64,000 bases of DNA from Octopus vulgaris (GCA_951406725.2 OX597824.1:91326001-91390000), one strand, 5' to 3'. Shown: positions 43,328 to 57,007, counted from the first letter of the stretch. Numbers and translations: made by a program. The notes: generated from the sequence alone by a model not told the origin.

Positions 43328-43806
43328 TGCAGGACACCGAGATGGTGTCAGCTCTTCTGGTGACGTTGATGTTCGCCTGGGGCTAAATGCATCAGTAACA
43401 CCCCCACCACCCCGCCCTGACCCTAGCCACATTCAGATGGCTTATGTTATAGAGCAGTTACTGTTTATATCTCGCTCAGAGATTTATTATTGTTATCGAA
43501 CGGATTTTCTACGCCAGTGACTGTGGTTACTGTGAAAATCTATATATCCAGCCTGTAGAGGAAGTCCCTCAACGAAGAGCGGTGCTTACCATACGTTGAC
43601 AAGAGGCAATAACCTCGAAACCGGTCCGTGTGTAGTATCCGTATCTTCGGGGAGGCTGATCTCCCTTTGCAGGCTGGCAAGGACACCGAGATGGTGTCAG
43701 CTCTTCTGGTGACGTTGATGTTCGCCTGGGGCTAAATGCATCAGTAACACCCCCACCACCCCGCCCTGACCCTAGCCACATTCAGATGGCTGATCCCCCT
43801 TATGTT
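43328..43806 (+). mobile_element. Retrozyme-like / Penelope pseudo-LTR-like element: 1.3 units of a 349-bp monomer
   Basis: Exact 112-bp direct repeat 43331-43442 = 43680-43791, enclosing one type I HHR in a long rod. Confidence 0.75.
43590..43632 (+). ncRNA. Type I hammerhead ribozyme (U3-A8 variant)
   Basis: CATACG-TTGACAA-GAGG CAATAA CCTC-GAAAC-CG-GTC-CGTGTG: stem I 6 bp, stem II 4 bp, palindromic stem III ACCGGT, GUC triplet ending at 43626. Confidence 0.75.
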
Positions 43807-44228
43807 GTTCTAGGGTTGCTTTATATAAAAACAAATATATATATATATATATATATATAAAGAGAGAGGGAGAGAGTGAAAGACAGACAGACAGTCCTCT
43901 AGTCATAGATCTAGTGGTTGATGAAACGACAAATAAATTAGAAATGAACGAAAATCCTTTACAAGCTATGACCCCAGTAAGCTTCATGCCTTTCTTGGAA
44001 GTGTAAGTATATTCTTAGCTACAATAGCGGCAACATGGATTTCTTCCGTCTTCTTGCACTGTTAAAGTATTTGAGTATAATTATATTAATGTGTCCGACT
44101 GATTAAGATTCTATTTATTTGTGCAGCTGATGATAGCTCTGCATTTAAATTGATGTAATGATTGCATTGTTCAGTTAAATGGAGCCGCTTGAAACGGTCG
44201 TACTGCATCACTTCTTGATATCTTGTTG

Positions 44229-44283
<55 letters not shown>

Positions 44284-44351
44284 GCATTCTCCATGATAGG
44301 TCGCTAGCCGCTAAACCTTTCTGTTTTCTCTCTCTGGTTATTTCTGTGTTC

Positions 44352-44556
44352 CTTTTTGTCGAAGAGCGTAAGCTCGAAACGTAAAATACTTTCTCACTTC
44401 TCGAGCGTTATACTAATACATCTGTTTGTTGATCACATACCCGTCTTGGTCTTTTGTTTTTTGGAAATTCTCACTATATATATATATTCTTGTTTCTCTC
44501 CGTGTTTCTTTTCTGTGTATCTTTCTGTTGAAGAGCGTAGGCTCGAAACGTAAAAG
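44352..44556 (+). ncRNA. Two tandem minimal HHR-like motifs (44352-44387, 44521-44556) in related repeat units spanning about 44283-44655
   Basis: CTTT-TTGTCGA-A-GAGC GTAA GCTC-GAAAC-GTA-AAAT and CTTT-CTGTTGA-A-GAGC GTAG GCTC-GAAAC-GTA-AAAG, 169 bp apart. Confidence 0.55.
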
Positions 44557-44747
44557 ACTTGCTTTATTTATATTCCTGAGCGCCATACTAATACAATTGT
44601 TTGTTTGTATTCCACCTGCCTTCGTCTTTTGTTTATTTTCATAAAGCTTCCCGTTATATATATATATAATGTTTCGGTGTACATATATTTATATTGGTTT
44701 TATAATTGAATTTATGTGTACATGTATATATATATGTATATGCATGC

Positions 44748-44807
<60 letters not shown>

Positions 44808-44885
44808 GCGGAGAGAAAGACAGAGAGAGAGTGGGAGAGAGAAAGAGATAGATAGATAGAGAGATAGATAATGATATAGATATAG

Positions 44886-44924
<39 letters not shown>

Positions 44925-45079
44925 TGTGAGCATGTAGGTGTGCATATATGTGAGTGCGCGTGCTTGAATGTGAATCTATACGAGTGCATATGTATGTATA
45001 AAATATGATGATAATCGATATGATTCTATTAAAGCTCGTTCTAAATATAGCGATAATCGATAGCAATAAACAATATTCA

Positions 45080-45247
45080 CAGCAACAACAGCAACAAACA
45101 CCACTGAAAACACAGCAACAGAAACAACAACAACAACCATTACTATCACTACTACAACTACAGCTGCAGCAATAACAATAACAATGACAACGACAACTAC
45201 TACTAGTACTACTACTACTACCACCACCACAACCACTACTACTACTG

Positions 45248-45291
<44 letters not shown>

Positions 45292-45309
45292 GCAACTACT
45301 ACTACCACA

Positions 45310-45343
<34 letters not shown>

Positions 45344-45567
45344 ATTCTAATACTACTACTACCGCTGCTGCTGCTCTTATTACTACTACTGCAACTACTA
45401 CTAGCACAACTACTACCACCACCACCACCACCACCACCACCACAACCAATACGACCACCACCACCACTATTTCTACTACTGCTCCTGGTGCATCTACTAC
45501 TACTACTACTAAGACCAAAACTACTACTCCTACTACTACTACAAATACTACAAATACTTCTACTGCA

Positions 45568-45617
<50 letters not shown>

Positions 45618-45877
45618 AGCAAACAAAAAGAATAATAATAGCAACAGCATGAACGAAACTATCCATAATAACAACAACTACAACAACAACACCTTCAAAA
45701 GCAACATCAACAACCACAACAATAATAAATACAAACATAACGACTACAACTGCAGCAACACATATGACAATAACAACAGCAACAGCAACAGAGAGCGATA
45801 ATAAAGGTGTTTCCTTTGATGGGGCCCACGGCCGATCTGATAAAGATTTCAACGTTCATAAAAATAGTCTCAACATT

Positions 45878-45949
<72 letters not shown>

Positions 45950-45950
45950 G
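45080..45950. repeat. Compound (ACT)n/(ACC)n/(AAC)n/(AAT)n tracts
   Basis: Directly visible. Confidence 0.9.
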
Positions 45951-46397
45951 TAACAATGGCAAGTCAGCTAAAGGTCAAATTAAGAAGCCGGTTCTTAAAC
46001 CTAACACATGTGTGTATGTGTATGTGTGTTTCTGAATGTGTATGTATGTGTGCGTGTGTGTGTGTGGGGGGGGGGCGTGCGTGCGCCTAGCATCTTATTG
46101 TGTCGGTGTATCTAAACGTTGGCGGTAGCTTATCACATACTCGGTAACAAAAACAAAAGCGATGTGTGTATATCGGAAATGGAATATGAGACAATGACAA
46201 TGACGACGACGATGAAGATGATGATGAGCAGGAGGAGGAGGAGGAAGGGGAGGAGGGGAGGTGTGAAGAGGGGTATAGGAGGAGAAGGAGGAAAGGTGCA
46301 AAAAAAAATGGAAATGAGAACCATTTCAAATGATAACTGTTGTTGCTATTGTTGCTGTTACAGTCGCTGCTCTCTCTCTGTCGCTCTCTCTCACTTC

Positions 46398-46657
<260 letters not shown>

Positions 46658-47237
46658 CAATATAATAAATATATACATACATAAATATATATATCTGTAT
46701 CTATGTATACATATATACATATATACATATAGATGTATGTATGTATGTATATGCCTATATATATGTTTCACTCTCATATATGTATTCTCCGTATCGCCTT
46801 TATCATACATCTTATATTGTTCGTATTTTATTGTTTATAATGTTTCTTCAAATATATATTTACGCACACACGCAAACACACACATACACATTGATATAAA
46901 CGCATATATATATATACACACGCACATAACTTTATTTCAGCTGTTATGTAACACAATAAGCCGTGGAGTTTATTGTACGCCGTGGCTCTGATGTAATCTT
47001 TCTCTATCGTGTCATACGGGTTCAATCCGGTGTAAACCGGAATCGAGATCCACGTCAGCGCGTGAATGATATCCTTTAATTTTTTTTTTTAAAAGCATTA
47101 TATCTAAGTTCGTTGCATATCTTATTATCAATTTTAGTGACTTTTTTTTAATCGCGGCCATTTTTAAAAGTTATTTCTTTTCCGAAATTTTTTTTATTTT
47201 TTATTTCATGTTATCATCCTCATCGCCTTCATCATCA

Positions 47238-47268
<31 letters not shown>

Positions 47269-47295
47269 CATCACCACCACCATCATCACCACCAC

Positions 47296-47377
<82 letters not shown>

Positions 47378-47381
47378 GTCG

Positions 47382-47445
<64 letters not shown>

Positions 47446-47459
47446 TATTATTATTATCA

Positions 47460-47875
47460 TTGAGTAAGAGAGCAGTGCATGCCATCAAAGTGACACTGGG
47501 GTAAAATATACGAAACCCAGTATACCCATCATGACTACCCGTCTGATAAGAGTACACCAGGCACATGCATCAGAATCATATGTGCACAACATGGTGATCT
47601 CATATCAAGATAAACAGCGCATGTTCTTGCAGGTGAGGCCCAATTAGAATTTTCTTCTGCTCGAGTAGCCCATCCCGCTCAAAAGGTCCCTGAATAAGGA
47701 TTGTTTAAGGATGTTGAACGAACCACCCATGTTTCCAAATGTGAATTATCCAAACCTCGAAGAATTCCTTTCAACACATGGCCATGATGCTCTCCCACTA
47801 CTTCTGCTCGTGATCAGAGATGCACATATCGTCAGCCACTTAGGGACATGGTCAATTGGTTAAGGTCAAACAACT
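47460..47875. mobile_element. Inverted partial copy of the 3885-4441 repeat
   Basis: Reverse complement matches 4030-4441; adjoins (CAT)n/(TTA)n. Confidence 0.85.
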
Positions 47876-47883
47876 TAACCACA

Positions 47884-48010
47884 ACGCTCTTAACCACTTC
47901 GCCATATGCCCACAGGCATATGGCGTTGTGTTAACTACAAACAAGACGAAGACAAATATCCGTCAAATGTAAATAGTGTACATAATTCCTCATCTCTTAA
48001 ATATAGACCT
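47884..48010. mobile_element. Rearranged remnant of the tRNA-head/HHR element
   Basis: Inverted head CGCCATATGCC-CACA-GGCATATGGCG fused to the post-HHR tail CGTTGTGTTAAC...CAAATATCCGTCAAATGTAAATA...CCTCATCTCTTAAATA. Confidence 0.7.
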
Positions 48011-48534
48011 GCATTCTTTTAGTCAATATTGTATTCTTAAAGATTATCTTAGCTCTTGCGATCAAATTACTCAAATAATATCCGTGGGCTTAGTTGGTCG
48101 CGCTTGGAAACCTAGAAAGTGCAATGGCATTTGCTTCTGATAGACCCAGGAATTGTGGGCGGAGATGGATGGATGGATGGATGGTCTATGCCAATTCTAC
48201 TGCTGGACGAATATAATTCCATAGAACCGAATTGAAAAACTAATTCCTTAGCTTTTTAATTCGTTTCTAAATATTGTAATCGGCCATTTGTCATGTTCGG
48301 TCACTACGGAAATTGTCTGTTGTCTTTTTTGTCCCGAAAAATAAATGGTAAAAAAAAAAATGTTGTCTCATTTTTTATTGTGTGCCATAAATGGTTTGTT
48401 AGTGTGCTAGAAATAGTAACCAAATTTTTATTACTATTTTTTATCAAACTAGATTTTCTGCGAAATTAGAAAGAAAAATTGGATAATATAGTTTATGGGT
48501 ATGGGTGTACACGACACCTGATGGTAAAGGTAAT

Positions 48535-49160
48535 GGTAATGATGATGATGATGATGACGACGACGATGTTGCCATTGATGATGATCAGTATGACGACGAT
48601 GACGATAACGATGACAACGACAATGATGATGATAATGACGATGATGATGATGATGACGACGACGGGGACGATGCGGCTGTTGATGATAATTAGCATGATG
48701 ACGACGACGATGACGACGACAACGATAATGATGATGATGATGACGATGATGACGATGATAATGATGATGATGACGAAGACAATGATGATGATGATGACGA
48801 TGATGACGATGACGATGATGACGATGATGATGCTGATGACGAAGACGATGATGATGATAATGACGATGATGACGATGACTATGATAATGATGATGACGAT
48901 GATGATGATGCCGATGATGATGATGGATGATGATGATGATGATGACGAAGACGATGATGATGATGACTATGATAATGATGATGACGATGATGATGATGCC
49001 GATGATGATGATGATGATGACGATGATGACGATGATGATGATGATGATGATGATGACGAAGATGATGATGATGATGATGACGATGATGATGATGATGATG
49101 ATGACGATGATGACGATGATGACGATGCTGCTGCTGCTAACCAAGACGACGACGACGATG
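48535..49160. repeat. (GAT/GAC)n microsatellite
   Basis: Directly visible. Confidence 0.93.
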
Positions 49161-49683
49161 ACTGGTGACGATTAAAATGGCGGTAGTGGTGCTGATGAGG
49201 ATAATGGAGAAGACTGTGGGGGTGGAGATAGTGATGGTGGTGGTGTTGGTGGTTACTGTTGTTGTTGCTGTTGTTGTCGTTGTCGATAGTGATGGTGGTG
49301 GCGGTGGCGGTGGTGATGTTCGTTATCGCGATGAGTGAGTTGCAGTGAGAAAGAAGACGATGTATTTTGTTTTTGGTATCAAAATGAACAAAGGGGAAAT
49401 AACTGAAATAGAACAATAGTAAGAATTTAGATAAATAAATTCAACAGTTATGTACTCAATGCCGTGCGTAAGAAGTAAGAAAAAAAAAACAGAAAAGAAA
49501 ACAGAATGAAAATATTAATTAAAATTGGAATTTCCCTTATAATTGAAGAATGGTGGCAGCTTGGGGCGATGTGTGTTAGTCACGAAATGGTAGTTGGAAA
49601 AGAAAACGGAGGAAGAAGAGGGAAGGGAGGAAGGAAGGAAGGAAGGAAGGAAGACAGATAGACAGACAAATTAATAGATAGAG

Positions 49684-49724
<41 letters not shown>

Positions 49725-49725
49725 C

Positions 49726-49811
<86 letters not shown>

Positions 49812-49856
49812 GCAGGCAGGCAGGCAGGTACACAGACAGACAGACAGATGGGTAGG

Positions 49857-49889
<33 letters not shown>

Positions 49890-49912
49890 ATAGAGAGAGA
49901 GAAAGAGAAAAC

Positions 49913-49986
<74 letters not shown>

Positions 49987-50029
49987 ACAAATCAACATGT
50001 AGGTAGATAGGTAGATAGATAAGAAGAAA

Positions 50030-50452
<423 letters not shown>

Positions 50453-50635
50453 GAATAGTAAATAGAAAGAAAGAGAGCGAACCCAAATGTCAACCTGTTC
50501 TTCTGATATGAGTATCTCTATCCTATTTTTTATTCTGTTTTTGTTTTGTTGTTGTGTTTACTGTTTCCATGTTGTATCATCAACTGAGTGGCATCTCTTG
50601 TTACCTGTGTGTACCGTTATCACCACCAAACCCTT

Positions 50636-51220
50636 GTGAGCTGGCAGAAACGTTAGCACGCTGGGCGAAATGCTTAGCGGTATTTCGTCTGCCGCTACGT
50701 TCTGAGTTCGAATTCCACCGAGGTCGACTTTGCCTTTCATCCTTTCGGAGTCGATAAATTAAGTACCAGTTACACACTGGAGTCGATCTAATCGACTTAA
50801 TCCCTTTGTCTGTCCTTGTTTGTCCCCTCTATGTTTAGCCCCTTGTGGACAATAAAGAAATAAGAAATGTTAGAATACCGGGCGAAATGCTTTGTGGTAT
50901 TTCGTCTACCGCTACGTTCTGAGTTCAAATTCCGCCGAGGTCGACTTTGCTTTTCATCCGTTCGAGGTCGATAAATTAAGTACCAGCTGAGTACTGGGGT
51001 CGATACAATCGACTGGCCCCCTCCCAAAAAATTTCGGGCCGTGTGTCTAAATTAGAAAAGAGTATATTCATTCACGGTTCAAATTCCGCCAAGACTGACT
51101 TTGCCTTTCATCCTTTAAGGGTCAATAAAATAAGTACCAGTTGTGTACTGGGGTCGATGTAATCAACTTACCCGCCCCTAAACCCCAAAATTGCTGACCT
51201 TGAGCAAAAATTTGAAGGCA
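50636..51220 (+). mobile_element. Three head-to-tail SINE family B units
   Basis: GTTC(G/A)AATTCC...GACTTTGC(C/T)TTTCATCC...GGTC(G/A)ATAAA..AAGTACCAG three times; the core resembles the Nin/Deu SINE domain. Confidence 0.88.
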
Positions 51221-51668
51221 ATATATTCATTCACGGTCAAATTTTAATAACGGACACCAGATGAAGAATGAATAAAAATGAGATATGAGATCACAGAACT
51301 CTTTCTTATTTTCTTCTTGTTTGTTTTATTTCTATTCCATCTACATTTGTGTAAAATAATGCATTTATTTCTTTGGCCCATGTTTGACCTGTAAAATATT
51401 CAGTTTGTTTGTGTCTGAGTAACACCAATCTCGTGACTCCGAGCAGAAAGAAGACTTTAAAATATTACGGCCATTGCCACTCCTTACTTATAAAAATAAA
51501 ATATTTTAACTCGCTGAATTACTCATATATCTTCTTACGTCATCATTTATTGTTTACACTTGTGATTAATACAAAGGAAGGTGACAGCGTGAGGCCGTTT
51601 AGAAATTTGAATTTATAATCAAGGAATACGAAAAATATACAAAGCGTTAACACATATAAATATACATA

Positions 51669-51830
51669 GTGGCTGTGTGGTAAGTAGCTTGCTAACCAAC
51701 CACATGGATCCGGGTTCAGTCCCACTGCGTGGCATCTTGGGCAAGAGTCTTCTGCTATAGCCCCGGGCCGACCAATGCCTTGTGAGTGGATTTGGTAGAC
51801 GGAAACTGAAAGAAGCCTGTCGTATATATG

Positions 51831-51861
<31 letters not shown>

Positions 51862-52086
51862 ATGTGTTTGTGTGTCTGTGTTTGTCCCCCTAGCATTGCT
51901 TGACAACCGATGCTGGTGTGTTTACGTACCCGTCACTTAGCGGTTCGGCAAAAGACACCGATAGAATAAGTACTGGGTTTACAAAGAATAAGTCCCGGGG
52001 TCGATTTGCTCGACTAAAGGCGGTACTCCAGCATGGCCGCAGTCAAATGACTGAAACAAGTAAAAAAGTAAAAAAAGTAAAGAGTA
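51669..52086 (+). mobile_element. SINE family A, near full length (followed by a minus-strand family B copy 52091-52275)
   Basis: Nearly identical to 29202-29604. Confidence 0.92.
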
Positions 52087-52281
52087 TCCTTTTCTATTCT
52101 AGGCACAAGGCCCGAAATCTTTCGGGAGGGGGCCCAGTCGATTATGTCAACCTCAGTACGCAACTGGTACTTAATTTATCGACCCCGAAAGGATGAAAGG
52201 CAAAGTTGACCTCGGCCAAATTTGAACTCAGAACATAAAGACAAACGGAATACCTATTTCTTTACTACCCACAAGGGGGTA

Positions 52282-52752
52282 GTAAAGACACTTTTAATTT
52301 TCAAAGTCTTTTATTTGATATTAATTGGTTAATATCAAACTTCTAGTTGTTTTACAATGTCAGAAGCCTTCGAACGGGGTTCGTTTTCCACAATTCTCTT
52401 CAAACAGCGAAGCTTCCTTTCTGAGGGCCCAGGTCGGCCGGGACGAGAATCTGTTGATTCTTTTCCTTGGCTTTTGAATTGCACTATAATTCTATTAACA
52501 GTAGCAAGAGGAATTTGAAGATTTTCGGCAATTTTTCTCTGGTAAAGACCAGCCTCACATTGCCCAACAATACAACCTCTTTGAAAATCTGACAGTTGTG
52601 CTGAATTTTTTGTGCAGGGCATGGTTACTCTTCGCAAATGTTTAATATAATGGCACCTGGAATGAAAAATTCTACAACACTGAAAACATATTAAGACACT
52701 TAGATCAGAAATTTTGAAAATTAAAGGTGTCTATTTACTTTCTGCATCTGTG
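52282..52752 (-). mobile_element. Internally deleted Tc1-like transposon retaining the N-terminal HTH region (52335-52622)
   Basis: MPCTKNSAQLSDFQRGCIVGQCEAG...IAENLQIPLATVNRII...SRPGRP is the Tc1 paired-like HTH plus GRP motif; inverted repeats 52286-52305 and 52713-52732 match 19/20. Confidence 0.85.
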
Positions 52753-52806
<54 letters not shown>

Positions 52807-52821
52807 ATTCGCACCGAAAGC

Positions 52822-52853
<32 letters not shown>

Positions 52854-53465
52854 TTTTAATGTTTATTGTTGTAACACTTTCTAGTTTGGGGTAATCATAT
52901 GGTACTATTTCATCCTTTTGAGAAATTTTCAGCATGAGACTAAACTGGTAAACTTGTTAATTAGATATGAATTATGAAGAAAGACATTACAGTATAAAAT
53001 TGAAGATGAAGTTAATTAAAGTCTGGAATGTTAAATAAAGCCCAGAAATTCATGGAATGTATTTTTTTCCTCCATTAAAAAAACACTTTTAATAGTATCT
53101 TACCCCTCCTCCACTAAGATTTTTTTTATATAATAAACTAATAATCTGATGTCGCTTCGAACTAATTCTCTTCCCTTAATTTCTTCTACAGACTCTCTGG
53201 TTTCTCGTGTTACATATTAAAAGATTGCATCAACTAAGCGATCGCCTTTTACATCTGAAGATGTTAAACATTTCATAAGCTGTATCAGATAAGTTTTTAT
53301 CTCTTTTGATCTCCACACTACGGTCTTCTTCTTTTTATACTTGTTCATTCCCTGACGTGGAAAGTGGGAAGTTGTAACTGCCAGACCATTTCGAACAGAT
53401 ATCAATCGTGCAAGCGATGGAGAACTTCGTTTTTTTTTCCAAAGTATTATTTTTGTATGGCTCAA

Positions 53466-54115
53466 GGCGCTCAGCTGGTAGAATCGTTAACACACCACAC
53501 AAAATACTCAACAACGTTTCTTCCGGTTCTTTACATTCTGAGTTCAAATACCTATTTTTTTTATTGCTCACAAGGGGCTAAACACAGAGAGGACAAACAA
53601 GGACAGACAAACGGATTAAGTCGATTAGATCGACCCTAGTGCGTAATTGGTTCTTAGTTTAATCAACCCCGAAAGGATGAAAGGCAAAGTCGACCTCGGC
53701 GGAATTTGAACTCAGAACGTAAAGACAGACAAAATATCTATTTCTTTACTACCCACAAGGGGATAAACACAGAGAGAACAAATAAGGACAGACAAACGGA
53801 TTAAGTTGATTATATCGACCCTAGTGCGTAACTGGTACTTATTTAATCGACCCCGAAAGGATGAAAGACAAAGTGAACCTCGGTGGAATTTGAACTCAGA
53901 ACGTAACGGCAGACGAAATTCGGCTACACATTTCGCCCGGCGTCCTAAAGATTCTGCCAGCTCGCCGCCCTAGTTTCAAATACCACCGAGGTCGATTTTG
54001 CCTTTCATCTTTTCGGAGTCGACGAAATAAGCATCGAACAATTACAAACATCGATGTCATCGAACAAACACCTTCCGCTAAAATTTCGGGCCTTGTGCCT
54101 GTGGCAGAAAGGATT
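53466..54115. mobile_element. Cluster of SINE family B units in mixed orientation (tandem minus-strand units 53551-53968)
   Basis: Repeated CCCCGAAAGGATGAAAG(G/A)CAAAGT..ACCTCGG.GGAATTTGAACTCAGAACGTAA blocks. Confidence 0.85.
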
Positions 54116-54230
54116 ATTTTTTGCAAGCTAGTACTTATTCGATCGGTCTCTTTCGCCAAACTGCCAAGTTACTGGGACGTAAACCCACCACTATCGGTTG
54201 TCAAGTGATGTTTGGGGGATACATACTTAA

Positions 54231-54536
54231 TATTTCTGATTACGGTAACCAGTGAATAGATTTCACTGTAAATAGATATATTTGTGAAGGCTGGACGGGC
54301 ACCTCAGTCAGCAGATCTCACTATCCTGGGCTGATGACGGGTTAAGACCCAGAAACATGCATGTCCTCAGAAGTGAATCTTGGCTGTTGGGGGTGCTTGC
54401 CTCCCCTTCACAAATATAAGGACACAGGAAATGTGTCAAAGCTGACAGGAAGCGTTCGATGCTTCCTAGGGCTAAACAGCGGTGGTGTAATTCCCATACG
54501 GGACTGTCACGTTAAGTTGACAGTATACAACCACTC
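54231..54536 (+). mobile_element. Highly structured retrozyme-like element of about 300 nt
   Basis: Rod 54277-54418 closed by a perfect 14-bp pair TATATTTGTGAAGG/CCTTCACAAATATA with an HHR at its tip, plus several flanking hairpins. Confidence 0.72.
54326..54370 (+). ncRNA. Type I hammerhead ribozyme
   Basis: CTGGG-CTGATGA-C-GGGT TAAG ACCC-A-GAAAC-ATGCAT-GTC-CTCAG: canonical core, palindromic stem III ACATGCATGT, GUC triplet ending at 54365; C-A mismatch at the base of stem II. Confidence 0.8.
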
Positions 54537-54725
54537 TCTCTCTATATATATATACGTATATACGACGGGCTTCTTTCAGATTCCGTCTGCCAAATCCATT
54601 CACAAGGCTTTGGTCAGCCCGATGCTATAGTAGAAGACACTTGCCCAAGATGCCACGCAGTGGGATTGATCCCGGAACCATGTGGTTGGTAAGCAAGATA
54701 CTTACCTCACAGCCACTCCTAAAGC

Positions 54726-54794
<69 letters not shown>

Positions 54795-54853
54795 TTTTTT
54801 TGTACTTGTTTCAGTCATTTGACTGCGGCCATGCTGGAGCACCGCCTTTTAGA

Positions 54854-55018
54854 GTGGTGAAAGAGTACAGCAGGGATCACCACCATCCCCTGCCGGAGCC
54901 TCGTGGAGCTTTTAGGTGTTTTCGCTCAATAAACACACACAACGCCCGGTCTGGGAATCGAAACCGCGATCCTCCGACCGCAAGTCCGCTGCCCTAACCA
55001 CTGGGCCATTGCGCCTCC
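54854..55018 (-). mobile_element. SINE family C, 5' half
   Basis: Reverse complement matches 21104-21270. Confidence 0.88.
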
Positions 55019-55183
55019 ACAATATATATATATATTTATTTTTATTTTACTTTTAGCCCGTGATATTTGAAGAATGAGGGAGTTTGATGTTGCTGCCCCG
55101 CATCTGTGTTTCCTGCAGCGAAAGCGCGCATGTATGCGTGTGTGCACAATATTCGGTATATATATGTAAAAACAAATCTCTCC

Positions 55184-55224
<41 letters not shown>

Positions 55225-55363
55225 TTTCTCTCTCTCTCTCTCTCTTTCCATATATATATTATATACATATATATATATTACTAAATTACTTGGTGAAATT
55301 CATGCCGAATTCTATTCGGTGAAATTACTGATTACTTCTTAATTAATTAATTTCACCCTTTGT

Positions 55364-55444
<81 letters not shown>

Positions 55445-55471
55445 TAGATAGATAGATAGATAGATACATAT

Positions 55472-55569
<98 letters not shown>

Positions 55570-55577
55570 TAGATATA

Positions 55578-55629
<52 letters not shown>

Positions 55630-55930
55630 AAGAGAGACAGAGAGAAAGAGAGACAGAGAGACGCATATATATATACATACATACATACATGCATACATAT
55701 ATATATACATACATACATGCATACATATATATATACACATATATATATACACATACATATATATTTTTATATATACGCACGCGCATGCACTCATACACAC
55801 ACACACACACACATATATATTTATATGTATGCCTGTGTATGTAATTAAAGGGGCGTGTACGTCTGTCTTCGTGTTCGCGGGGTGTGCATGGCAACGGCGG
55901 CGAATTCGTCTCAGACTATTTTCGTCTGCA

Positions 55931-56008
<78 letters not shown>

Positions 56009-56520
56009 TGTGGAGCACGCCCTGACGATGATTAACACAATGAAACTGGGTTAAGATGTACAGGTATTTCGGGTGTAATTCGATCCCTTGACAGCAAGCA
56101 TCAAGTGTAGATTTATCGATGGCAATGTCATGGAAACAGGTAAAAATCTAGTCTAGGTGTGTGAGTGAGTGAGTGAGTGTGTGTGTGTGTGTATGTTTGT
56201 GTGTACGTATGTATGCGTATATAATATTTTTATGTGTGCTGCATCTGTATGTGTGCGTGTGTGTGTGTGTGTGTGTGTTTGTATACAATGTGTGTATGAG
56301 TGTATGTCTTATATAATGTGTGCGCGTGTTCGTATATGTGTGTTTGCGCGGTTTATACGTAAAGTGAGTATATATAAGTGTTAGCATTTGACGGCTGTGC
56401 GTTGACGGACAAACACACACACACACACACACATACGCACACACACACGCACACACACACACACACACACACATACGCACACACATATAGTCATACATCT
56501 GTATAAATTTATACATGTGA

Positions 56521-56657
56521 ATGGCTGTGTGGTAAGACGCTTGCTTCCCAACCACATGGTTCCGGGTTCAGTCTCACTGTGTGTCTTCTACCATAGCCTC
56601 GGGCCGACAAATGCCTTGTGAGTGGATTTGGTAGACGGAAACTGAAAGAAGCCCGTC

Positions 56658-56715
<58 letters not shown>

Positions 56716-56905
56716 GTATGTATGTATCTCTGCTTGACAACCGATACTGGTATGTTTACGTCTGCGTAACTGAGCGGTTCAGCCTAAGACACCGATGGAA
56801 TAAGTACTAGGCTTACAAATAATAAGTCCTGGAGACGATTTGTCCGACAAAAGGCGGTGCTCCGGCATGGCCGCAGTCAAATAACTGAAACAAATAAAAG
56901 AATAC
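56521..56905 (+). mobile_element. SINE family A
   Basis: Head, internal (TA)n and tail all match family A. Confidence 0.88.
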
Positions 56906-56956
56906 AAGAATATATACACACACTTATACATAGACGTACTTAGGTTCCTGTTTGTG

Positions 56957-57007
<51 letters not shown>

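Larger units (their letters stand above)
54124..54720 (-). mobile_element. SINE family A split by an insertion at about 54231-54536
   Basis: 3' half at 54124-54219 and 5' half at 54555-54720 flank non-SINE sequence at the position of the SINE's internal microsatellite. Confidence 0.8.

Noticed and set aside
54441-54480. HDV-like ribozyme suggested by hairpin followed by GGGCTAAA and a GCTG/CAGC pair
   Set aside because: No P1/P3/L3/P1.1 double pseudoknot could be drawn; kept only as a conserved module of unknown function.
56020-56055. CTGACGA...GAAAC...GTT as an HHR
   Set aside because: Stems I and II do not pair convincingly.
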